A program made the translations under genes and the position numbers. 64,000 nucleotides of DNA from Sedimentisphaerales bacterium (lineage in GTDB: Bacteria > Planctomycetota > Phycisphaerae > Sedimentisphaerales > SM23-30), in the NCBI GenBank assembly GCA_963663965.2, contig CAXXFK010000040.1, positions 96,001-160,000 of the forward strand, given 5' to 3'. Below the pieces are notes generated by a model, which made no database searches, was not told the DNA's origin, and saw only the letters and a program-made list of their open reading frames with translations. This document shows positions 18,707 to 28,060 of the stretch, in pieces; the first letter of the stretch is position 1, and every line of letters starts with the position of its first letter.

Positions 18707-21385
18707 ATGTATTGTCGCTGTTTTTGTTTGTTGGTTGTGATCTTGTTGATTTCCAGTATTGTTTCAGGAGGTACTTATAGTGGCGGTTCTGGCAGTCTGT
18801 CCAGTCCCTATGAGATCGCCAATCTGGATGACTGGATGGAACTAATCGCTAATCCAGAGGATTGGGATGTACACTTTATTCAGACAGCCAATCTTGACTT
18901 GAAAAATCAGGGATATCACCAGGCGCCTCTTGCACCTGATACGGATGCTGAGATTTCGGGACATCAGGGGACAACCTTTACAGGTAGTTATAATGGCCAG
19001 GGCTTCATCATAGACAATTTGACAATAATTGCCCCAGATGGAGATTATATTGGATTGATTGGCAATCTAAATGGTATTAATGTCAGTCGTGGCCAGGTGT
19101 TAAATATTAAGCTTACCAACGTTCAGATTGAAGGTCGGGATTATACTGGCGCCCTGGCGGGTTTAATTAGAAACTGGAGTGGCAATGCTCAAAACTGCTC
19201 TGTTTCAGGATCGGTGTCCGGCCATAATTGTGTCGGCGCCTTAGTGGGTTATTTTGATAATAGTACCAGTGCTTCTCAGATCAGCAGTCTGGGTACAATC
19301 GTCAGCGGCAATGATTATGTGGGTGGTTTGGTTGGACGCAATAATGGTCAAATTACTGAAGCCTTTGCGACTGGGGGTGTTACGGGAAACCATCGTGTGG
19401 GTGGCTTGTCTGGTACTAACACCGCTTCAATGATTGATTGCTATGCCATGGGGAATGTTACTGGTAGCGGCGATAATGTGGCTGGTTTGATTGGTGAAAA
19501 TGGCGGCCAGTTAACATCCTGTTACGCTTCGGGGAACATTAATGGAGTCAATCGAGTTGCCGGCCTGGTTGGAACAAATATAGGCACAATACAACTCTGC
19601 TATGCTTCAGGAGCTGCTACTGGTAGTCAAAACCATGTAGGAGGACTGGTTGGCTATAACATTGGTCCCATAACTAATTGCTATGCCTTGGGTGCTGTGA
19701 ATGCCAGAGAAAGGGCTGGTGGCCTGGTGGGAGCCAACGGTAACCTGATCGAAAATTCCTATTCGATCGGGGACGTTGTCGCTAATTTGTATCCGGGAGG
19801 TTTAGCTGGTGAAAATGCCGGCGGGACTGCATCGAATTGTTTTTGGGATGTCCAGACATCGCATCAAAACAATAGTACCGGTGGGACTGGCCTGTCAACG
19901 GAACAGATGCAGGATATGCAGACCTATTTAGATGCCGGATGGGATTTCACCGGGGAAGAGCAAAACGGGACCGATGATCTCTGGCTGATGTCGCCTTGTA
20001 TTGGCTATCCGGTGCTTGCCTGGCAGCCACCGTGTAATCCACCATCGTTTGCCGGGGGAACGGGATCTTGTGAAGATCCTTACCTGATCGAAACTGCTGA
20101 GCATCTTAATAATGTTCGCGTTTATCCTGAGGCTTGTTTTAAGCAGATTGCCGACATTGATCTGGCAACCGCCTCCTGGTTAGATGAATCCGGCTGGCTG
20201 CCGATAGGCGATAATGACTTGCCATTTACTGGCAGCTATGATGGCGCCGGGTATATGCTGGCATTTCTAACGATAGATCGCCCTGAACAAGATGAAGTTG
20301 GGTTGTTTGGTTGTGTGCGAGCGGCCAGATTAATGCATATCGAATTAGCGAATGCGGATATTAAAGGTAAATATTATGCAGGTGCGTTAGCGGGCAGTAT
20401 TGACGATTCTGAAGTTATTGATTGCGTGTCTTCCGGCAAGGTTGCCGCCATTGAATGTGTCAGTGGCTTAATTGGCGGCTCGAGTCAGAGTACAATAAAA
20501 AACTGCGGTTCACATTGTGCTGTTAGTGGCGAAGAACCAGTGGGTGGTCTATTGGGCCGTCTGGAAGATGCCAGTTTTATCATTGACAGCTACGCTACGG
20601 GGTCTGTTACTGGCGAGGGAAATCTTGTGGGAGGATTAATTGGGGTGGTTTGCGATGGCTCCCAGATTTTGAATTGTGGCGCACGCGGTAATGTTTCCGG
20701 CGTTAATATGGTTGGAGGGTTGCTTGGTAATATTCGATCTGGCAGCACTCTGGAGTCCTGCTATGCCATCGGCACTGTATCAGGGAGCGATTTTGTTGGA
20801 GGCCTGATTGGAGAGGTAATGGATAGCCATGTAGTTTGGAGTCTGGCTAAAGGAGAGGTTACGGGTATCTCTTCTGTGGGCGGCTTGACTGGAGCCGTTT
20901 TAGGCAATACTGATGGACTCTCCAGTTCAATTTCTGATAGCTATGCCCATGGTTCGGTACAGGGAACATCAGCCGTTGGTGGTTTTGCCGGTCAGATGAT
21001 TGGAGTAGATGGTGGGCTGGCCTGTATTAATCAATCCTATGCTGTTGGGAATGTCGTTGCCGATTCCAATGCCGGTGGTTTGGTGGGACAAAAGATAGAA
21101 TTTAATAATGGTCAGGTTCAGATTGTTAGCAGCTTCTGGGATACACAGACCTCGGGTCTGACCCATTCAGCGGGTGGGATTGGATTGGATACTGCGGCAA
21201 TGCAACAAGCGGAAACCTTTATTTCTGCTGGTTGGGATTACATCAAAACCTGGGGAATTGGAGAAGGGCAGACCTATCCGTATCTACAGAAAAAAAGCCG
21301 ATCCGATTTAAATGATGATGGTAATATTGATCTGGCAGATTTGGCCATACTGTCATCAGACTGGCTGCTGGGACATCAAAACTGA
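18707..21385 (+). CDS. Secreted GLUG-repeat protein with C-terminal dockerin-like motif
   Basis: Many VGGLVG/CYA.G.V.G repeats in two blocks; GGAG RBS before ATG 18707; C-terminal DLNDDGNIDLADLAILSSDWL. Confidence 0.88.
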   Translation: MYCRCFCLLVVILLISSIVSGGTYSGGSGSLSSPYEIANLDDWMELIANPEDWDVHFIQTANLDLKNQGYHQAPLAPDTDAEISGHQGTTFTGSYNGQGFIIDNLTIIAPDGDYIGLIGNLNGINVSRGQVLNIKLTNVQIEGRDYTGALAGLIRNWSGNAQNCSVSGSVSGHNCVGALVGYFDNSTSASQISSLGTIVSGNDYVGGLVGRNNGQITEAFATGGVTGNHRVGGLSGTNTASMIDCYAMGNVTGSGDNVAGLIGENGGQLTSCYASGNINGVNRVAGLVGTNIGTIQLCYASGAATGSQNHVGGLVGYNIGPITNCYALGAVNARERAGGLVGANGNLIENSYSIGDVVANLYPGGLAGENAGGTASNCFWDVQTSHQNNSTGGTGLSTEQMQDMQTYLDAGWDFTGEEQNGTDDLWLMSPCIGYPVLAWQPPCNPPSFAGGTGSCEDPYLIETAEHLNNVRVYPEACFKQIADIDLATASWLDESGWLPIGDNDLPFTGSYDGAGYMLAFLTIDRPEQDEVGLFGCVRAARLMHIELANADIKGKYYAGALAGSIDDSEVIDCVSSGKVAAIECVSGLIGGSSQSTIKNCGSHCAVSGEEPVGGLLGRLEDASFIIDSYATGSVTGEGNLVGGLIGVVCDGSQILNCGARGNVSGVNMVGGLLGNIRSGSTLESCYAIGTVSGSDFVGGLIGEVMDSHVVWSLAKGEVTGISSVGGLTGAVLGNTDGLSSSISDSYAHGSVQGTSAVGGFAGQMIGVDGGLACINQSYAVGNVVADSNAGGLVGQKIEFNNGQVQIVSSFWDTQTSGLTHSAGGIGLDTAAMQQAETFISAGWDYIKTWGIGEGQTYPYLQKKSRSDLNDDGNIDLADLAILSSDWLLGHQN

Positions 21386-21460
21386 AATCTGGTTTTGAAT
21401 TAGATCAATAGCAATAAATGCCGTAGAATAATTGTTAAGATCGACTATTGGTTCATTTTT

Positions 21461-21490
21461 AAAGGGTTTGAATATGTTTCAAGCCCTTTT
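21461..21490 (+). terminator. Intrinsic terminator
   Basis: AAAGGGTTTGAA-TATGT-TTCAAGCCCTTTT. Confidence 0.7.
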
Positions 21491-21672
21491 GTCTTTATAT
21501 TCAGAATCTTCAATTTTTCTGAACAAATGTCCGGGCCAGCTATATTTATTGAATTGACGATATTTTTTGATCAATATCTTAATGATTCTATGACAATATA
21601 TCTCTATGTTGATCGTTCAATATAACGTGACTATATATTAAAGACTAAAGAATATCTTAAGGGATAAATAGT

Positions 21673-24222
21673 ATGCTAAATTGGCGCTTCGTAACAATCA
21701 TGTTTTTACTTATATCAGTCGTTGTTCTGTGTCATGGGGCAGAGATTGCGGATTCTAATAATATTATCCGGGTTGCCTGTATTGGCGACAGTATTACCTA
21801 TGGTTCGACTATCGCCGATAGGGAACAGGACAGTTATCCGGCACAATTGGGGCGGATGCTGGGCGATCGTTATGAATGCCGGAATTTTGGCGTTTCCGGG
21901 GCGACCATGCTCAAACGCGGTGACAAACCTTATTGGAATCAGACTGCATTTGCAAAAGCGCAGGAATGGAATCCGGATATTGTGGTGATTAAACTGGGGA
22001 CTAATGATACGAAACCGCAAAACTGGCAATATGCTTCTGAATACGGTCCGGATTATCTGGCCATGATAGATGTTTTCAAATCGTTATCATCCAGACCACG
22101 AATCTGGGTTTGTATGCCGGTACCGGCATATCCGGGTCGTTGGGGGATTACCGATGCCGTCGTTCGCGAGGGTGTTATTCCGATAGTGCGCGAGGTGGCA
22201 GAAAATGCGGGTGTGAAATTGATCGATTTGTATCATCCGTTTGTCGGTCAGGCGGATTTATTTCCTGATACGGTGCATCCAAATGCTGCTGGTGCGAAAA
22301 AAATTGCAGAAATTGTGTGTCAGGCCATCCAAGATGGCGATCGATCAGCGGTTCAAATGCCTGGAACGGTATCGAGTTGGAATGGTTATGTCCAGTACGA
22401 CTTTACGCTCGATGGCCGCGCCTGCCGTGTCGTTTTACCTGAACAGATGGCTGAGGGGCGGCCCTGGATCTGGCGGGCGCGTTTCTGGGGACATGAACCG
22501 CAAACCGATCTGGCATTGCTGGCCCGTGGGTTTGCCGTTGCCTATATGGATGTCGCGAATCTGTATGGAGCGCCGCAGGCAGTGGAACATTGGAATAAAT
22601 TTTATGATTTTTTTGTCAATGAACAGGGATTCAATCCTAAACCGGCTTTGGAGGGAATGAGTCGGGGGGGATTGATTATCTATAACTGGGCGGCGGCCAA
22701 TCCGGATAAGGTTGCTTGTATTTATGCTGACGCGCCGGTTTGTGATATTGCCAGCTGGCCCGGAGGCAAAGGGGACGGGCCGGGCAGTGCGTCTGACTGG
22801 AAACGATGTCTGGAAGCCTATGGCCTTACGGAAGAAACCGCGCGGGCGTTCAAAGGGAATCCGATTGATCATCTGCAACCCCTGGCTGCGGCCGGGGTGC
22901 CTTTATTACATATTTGCGGCGCTGTTGATGAAGTGGTGCCGGTTGCGGAGAATACAGCGATACTCAAACAGCGATATGAGGATCTGGGCGGCTCGATCCG
23001 CTTGATCAATAAACCGGGAGTGAAACATCATCCTCACAGTCTGAAAGATCCTGCCGTTATAGTCGAATTCATTATGCAGCATACACTTGGGATCGCTCCC
23101 ACCATAACGCTTCGGGCTGATATGGGGAATAGTGGATTGAAATTCCAGTCAGAAAAATTAGGGCGGGTCGCCTTTCTGGGCGGATCGATTACCGAGATGG
23201 AAGGGTATCGGCCCCGGATTTCACAGACGCTGTCTGAATTGTTTCCGGAAACCCGGTTTGAGTTTATCAATGCCGGTATCGGTTCTACCTGTTCAACGAC
23301 AGGTGCTTTTCGATTGAACGATCATGTGTTATCGAAGGGGCCAATCGATCTGCTGTTTGTTGAATTTGCGGTGAACGATAATCAGGACGCCCATCATACC
23401 GAAACAGAGTGTATGCGGGGGATAGAGGGTATTATCCGGCATGCCCTTCAGGTTAATCCGAATCTGGATATTGTATTGCTTTACACAGCCAATGAATCGC
23501 ATATTGCCGATTATCAGCAGGGGAAAATACCACAGGAAATCGCTGCTCACGAAAGGGTGGCCCGTGCTTATGGAGTCAGTTCGATCAATCTGGCTGCCAG
23601 TGTCGCAGCCCGCATGAAAGCAGGAGAGTTCAACTGGAATACCTTCGGGGGTGTGCATCCGGCGGATTATGGCAATGAGCTGTATGCGGACCTGATTGGC
23701 AGCTTTTTGCGTTGTCATATTTTTGCATCAGATCGCACGGAAACTCGCGCGGCGTTCTATCCTGCACCGTCGCTGGACAAGTTTTCTTACAGTAATGGCA
23801 TATTGCTGCCGATCAATCAGGCCAGACCGGTTAAAGGTTTTGAGATAACGATACCCGACTGGTCAGGGATCCCCGGTCATACGCGGTCACATTATAATAA
23901 GATCCCCCTGTTATGTGGTACTCAGCCGGGCGATGAGTTTGAGCTATCATTTAACGGTACGGCTATTGGATTATATGTAGTTGCCGGGCCGGACGCGGGG
24001 TGTTTGCAGTATCGAATCGATAACGGCGACTGGAAAATAGTCAATCTTTATCATAAACACAGCGCTGGTTTGCATTATCCCCGGACCTGCATGCTGGCCG
24101 ATGAGTTGGAAGGCGGTGATCACCAGCTGACTGTCCGAATTAGCGAGGCGAGCGATGCCCGCAGTCATGGAAACGCGGTACGCATTGTGGCGTTTGCTGT
24201 AAATCCAAAGCCCATCAAGTAG
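21673..24222 (+). CDS. Secreted multi-domain esterase: SGNH/GDSL + alpha/beta hydrolase + SGNH
   Basis: GDSIT..GTND..DTVHP; GMSRGG nucleophile elbow; GGSIT..FAVND..GVHP. Confidence 0.88.
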   Translation: MLNWRFVTIMFLLISVVVLCHGAEIADSNNIIRVACIGDSITYGSTIADREQDSYPAQLGRMLGDRYECRNFGVSGATMLKRGDKPYWNQTAFAKAQEWNPDIVVIKLGTNDTKPQNWQYASEYGPDYLAMIDVFKSLSSRPRIWVCMPVPAYPGRWGITDAVVREGVIPIVREVAENAGVKLIDLYHPFVGQADLFPDTVHPNAAGAKKIAEIVCQAIQDGDRSAVQMPGTVSSWNGYVQYDFTLDGRACRVVLPEQMAEGRPWIWRARFWGHEPQTDLALLARGFAVAYMDVANLYGAPQAVEHWNKFYDFFVNEQGFNPKPALEGMSRGGLIIYNWAAANPDKVACIYADAPVCDIASWPGGKGDGPGSASDWKRCLEAYGLTEETARAFKGNPIDHLQPLAAAGVPLLHICGAVDEVVPVAENTAILKQRYEDLGGSIRLINKPGVKHHPHSLKDPAVIVEFIMQHTLGIAPTITLRADMGNSGLKFQSEKLGRVAFLGGSITEMEGYRPRISQTLSELFPETRFEFINAGIGSTCSTTGAFRLNDHVLSKGPIDLLFVEFAVNDNQDAHHTETECMRGIEGIIRHALQVNPNLDIVLLYTANESHIADYQQGKIPQEIAAHERVARAYGVSSINLAASVAARMKAGEFNWNTFGGVHPADYGNELYADLIGSFLRCHIFASDRTETRAAFYPAPSLDKFSYSNGILLPINQARPVKGFEITIPDWSGIPGHTRSHYNKIPLLCGTQPGDEFELSFNGTAIGLYVVAGPDAGCLQYRIDNGDWKIVNLYHKHSAGLHYPRTCMLADELEGGDHQLTVRISEASDARSHGNAVRIVAFAVNPKPIK

Positions 24223-24242
24223 CCAATTCAAGTAGAATCGGC

Positions 24243-25643
24243 TTAAGGGTAGCTGCGGCGGTAAACACGGACATAATCGACCAGCAGCTGTTGGGGGAAC
24301 GGGGCGGAGATGCAGCTGGGGGAGGTGCAGCCGGGGTAGTTGCCGCCGACGGCGAGGTTAAACAGGATGTGGAATCGCTGATTAAAGGGGGCGGGATAGC
24401 TGCCGTCGGTGGACCACCAACTGTTGATGGTGCCGTAGTGGAGATCGTCGATGTACCAGCGCATTTCAGTGGGGTCCCATTCCAGGGCGTAGGTGTGGAA
24501 ATCCTGGGAGAAATCGGCGTTGTCGGGTTCGTATTTTCGGTAGGTATACTGGTTCTGGGGCCAGCGGCCACCGTAGTGGAGAGTACCCTGAACATAGTCG
24601 GCTTCGTTTGATGATTCGAGAATATCGATTTCGCCGTGAGCGGCCCAGCTGGAATAGGCTTCGCCGTAGGTGGTATCGGTGGGCATCATCCAGAAGGCGG
24701 GCCACATGCCGCCGCCTTTAGGGAGTTTGATGGAGGCTTCGATGCGGCCGTAGAGCAGGTCGACTTTGCCGGCAGAGTGGATGCGGCCGGAAGTAAACTG
24801 ACGATCTGCGTAGTTTTCGCGTCGGGCGGTGATAATTAACCGGCCGTTTTGAACATCAACGTTTTGCGGCCGGTCGGTATAGTATTGCAGTTCGTTGTTG
24901 CCCCAGCCGGAAAGGCCGTAATCGAAGGGATCGTCGTTGCCGGTGCCGATCATGCAGGTCCAGTTGTCGGGGTTGAGGCCGGGGCCGTCGAATTCATCGG
25001 ACCAGACCAGTTGCCACTGGTCGGTTGAGAGGCAGGCGTCGTTGGTTTCGACGAAAACTTCGTAGAGCGAGTAGCCCCATTCGGTGGCGCGCTGGGTGCA
25101 ATTGATGCGTACATATTGAGCCGAATGGGCCGGGAATCGGACCAGGTCAAAGCCGCCGTCAGTGCTGTTGATGGTTTTGACCCGGGTCCACTGGTCGGCG
25201 TCAGTAGATAAATCGATACTGTAACGGCTGGCATAGGCGGTTTCCCAGAAAAGCTGGACGCCTCGAACGGTGCGGATCTGGCCTAGATCAATGAGTAGCC
25301 ATTGGTTGTCGGCAGGCACACTGGACCAGCGGGTGGCCAGGTTGCCGTCGAAAACATTGGCCGGGCCAAGTGAAGCGGTTTCCTGGCTGGACGCAGTCGC
25401 GATAAACGGACTGCATGTTTGAATTAACCAGTTGCGAGACATCCCGTTAAACTGATCCTGCCACTGGTTGGTCAGGATCTGACAGGGAGCGTCAGCCAGC
25501 CAACACTCGGTAAGTATCTGAAGATCGCGGATATCAACCAGACCATTATTGTCGTAATCGCCAACAGGCGCAGCCTGAAGAGCGGTTATCGAAACCAGAA
25601 ATATCAGGAAGGTAAATAATGAGGGTGTCCAGTTATGATTCAT
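24243..25643 (-). CDS. GH16 beta-glucanase (laminarinase-like) with N-terminal dockerin-like and F5/8 type C (CBM32) modules
   Basis: WSDEFDG, GWGNNELQYY, WPAFWMM and EIDILE catalytic motif; DGNLATRWSS CBM32; start placed at ATG 25643. Confidence 0.92.
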   Translation of the reverse strand: MNHNWTPSLFTFLIFLVSITALQAAPVGDYDNNGLVDIRDLQILTECWLADAPCQILTNQWQDQFNGMSRNWLIQTCSPFIATASSQETASLGPANVFDGNLATRWSSVPADNQWLLIDLGQIRTVRGVQLFWETAYASRYSIDLSTDADQWTRVKTINSTDGGFDLVRFPAHSAQYVRINCTQRATEWGYSLYEVFVETNDACLSTDQWQLVWSDEFDGPGLNPDNWTCMIGTGNDDPFDYGLSGWGNNELQYYTDRPQNVDVQNGRLIITARRENYADRQFTSGRIHSAGKVDLLYGRIEASIKLPKGGGMWPAFWMMPTDTTYGEAYSSWAAHGEIDILESSNEADYVQGTLHYGGRWPQNQYTYRKYEPDNADFSQDFHTYALEWDPTEMRWYIDDLHYGTINSWWSTDGSYPAPFNQRFHILFNLAVGGNYPGCTSPSCISAPFPQQLLVDYVRVYRRSYP

Positions 25644-25955
25644 CTCTAGTCCGGATCCTTTATTCAGACGTTCGCATCGTAAAAACAATTATATATCACG
25701 TCCCTGTGAAATGATTATTTTCAGGAAAAATTAGAATGACACAAATTGGCCTTAAATCACCTTTATATTTTACCAATTTGGGCGAATTGGGTCAAGAAAA
25801 AAGGAGGGAGCCTGAAGTTGTGAATGACATCATTTACGGACCGTAAATTTAAACACCAGTATAATGCCGTTTGATGGTTTCTATAAATTGGGTAGTGGAT
25901 CCAGAGACCAGAGCAAGCATTTTTCCTGATGTGAATCTTGCCATACCGTAATTCA

Positions 25956-26010
25956 AAAACAAAAAGACCCCGATGGATCCCCATCACGAAAGAATCCTCG
26001 GAGTCTTTTC
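25956..26010 (-). terminator. Long hairpin terminator of the DUF1559/LamG operon
   Basis: AAAAGACCCCGA...TCGGAGTCTTTT inverted repeat with U-tract on the minus strand. Confidence 0.6.
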
Positions 26011-26034
26011 AAGTTTAAATTGCGATGACCGGAA

Positions 26035-27932
26035 TCAGCGCTGGTTCATATCTTTCAGAACATTTTTCAGCAGTTCCGGATTATCAGTCGTAATACCCTT
26101 TACGCCATATTCAACCAGTTGGCGCATGCGGGATTCATCATTAACCGTCCAGACCCAAAGCTCGGATCCCAGGGCCTCTACCAGTTTGACCGTATCGGCG
26201 GTGACCGTACTATGAGCCCAGTCGATAAAATCAATTCCTTTGGCCTGAATCGCCTGAATGGACTCGATCGTCAATTCATCGGAACCCAGCGCGCCGGTTA
26301 TTATGTCGGGCATCACCTGCTCAAGCTGTTCGAGGAAATTCCAGTCGAAAGCGATCACCATGAGTTTATCATTGACCCGTAATTTGCGGAAGATATCGAC
26401 ATATTGATCAACCGTACCCGTTTTTCGCTCGACAAAGGCGATCATATCCGGATGACAGGCCAGAATGATTTCCTGGATGGTTGGGACCGGTTCACCGGCA
26501 TATTGCGGATCGAACCAGGTACCGGCATCCAGAGTACTCCACTGGTCACGGGTCAGATTCTCAATGGGACCGGTATAAGCGCCGTCGGTCGTACGATCGA
26601 CGGTATTATCGTGCATGACGACCAGTTCGCCGCCGGCATCGGTGCGAACATCAAACTCAACCATATCGGCAAATCCGCGACAGGCCAGACTGGAAGCGAT
26701 GGTGTTTTCGGGATTCTGGGCCGAATAGCCGCGATGGGCTACATTGGCAATCAGATAGCGATTCGGCTGACGGCAATCGCCAAAAGCCGGATCGGTACAG
26801 GCCAGCCACTGCAAGGCGAAATCGAGCAGGTCACGCAAATCGACAAAACAATCCTGATTCAGGTCCATACTGTAATAACCCCAGTCGCCACAAACAGGAT
26901 CATCGTCAGTGACCACTACGGATACGGAAGTCCCATTCATGCCCTGCCACTCAGGATCGGTACTGGTCACAGAAATATATAATTGGGCGATCCGGGTTTC
27001 CTGGTTTTCCAGATCATCCACCGGTACGACCCTGACGGTGCGAAGCTCATCTAACTGGCCGGGCAGGAAAATTAATGTGCGGCCCATGCCGGCCGGCTGA
27101 CCGTCGAACGCTATCAGTTCGTCACCTGAGATTTTAACCTGGACCTGGGAGCCCGGCTCATATTCAGCGGGAAACTCCAGTTTCAAATTCAGAACACCCT
27201 CGCTGCCTTCTGAAATCATTAACAGTTTCGGTTCGACGTTTAAGACCTGTCGGGCCAGCCAGCGGATTTCCGATGGATCAACGGCATGATCATAGAGATA
27301 AACCTCATCCCACATACCGATGCCGGCGTCATTACCGCTATTGCCACCGCCCAGGAAAAGCGTATTACCCGGATCGACCCACGGCCCGGTTTTACTTTCG
27401 GTCAGCTCGCCATCCAGATAAATCCGCGATTTAACCTGAGAGCCCGAACGGGTCCATGAAACCGCAATATGATGCCAATTATTGCCATCAGCCTGCAGAG
27501 CCGGCAATGTCGCGGATACTTCTGTTCCGCCCTGGATACGAAAACGCACAATCCCCGTGTCGTATATCCACATTTCCAATCGTCCGGATTGACTGAATTA
27601 TCGAAAATGGTTTGGTACTGATAAAATGTAAACGGATTATACCACATCGCCACGGTTCCGCTATCGGGCATGGTATAAACGATTTTGACATAATCGTTGT
27701 CCGTTGTTCCCGGATCGGCGCTGACATGATTCAAATCCAACGCCTGGCCCATTTTGCCGGAAACATAAGCATTACTGCCCAGTGAGCCATCTACCATAAC
27801 GCCATGGTACTGTTCACTGACGCTATTATTCAGATCGCCTTCAAAGGCGTAGTGAGCCTTGAGGTCTGCCATGGCCAATCCCGCTGAAAGCAGAATCAGT
27901 AAAACGCAGATAATACCGCTTCGATTGATCAT
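26035..27932 (-). CDS. Secreted LamG + dockerin-like + glycerophosphodiester phosphodiesterase (GDPD) fusion, split by a -1 frameshift at 27576-27577
   Basis: AHRGYS..PENT, VEFDV, HD.TVDRTT and WTVND GDPD motifs. One added G restores DDWEMWIY as in the paralogous domains of the upstream gene. Confidence 0.85.
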
Positions 27933-27962
27933 CTCGAGTCCTCGATTATTATATTAATATTG

Positions 27963-27996
27963 AAACAAGAGCAGGCCGCCTTCCGGCAGCCTGCCC
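27963..27996 (-). terminator. Intergenic hairpin (terminator or stabiliser)
   Basis: GGGCAGGCTGCC-GGAA-GGCGGCCTGCTC followed by TTGTTT on the minus strand. Confidence 0.55.
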
Positions 27997-28060
27997 TAAC
28001 AAGATCCAGGAAAGATCTGTTTATTCTAACAGATCCATATCGTTTCCGGTAACATCCCTT

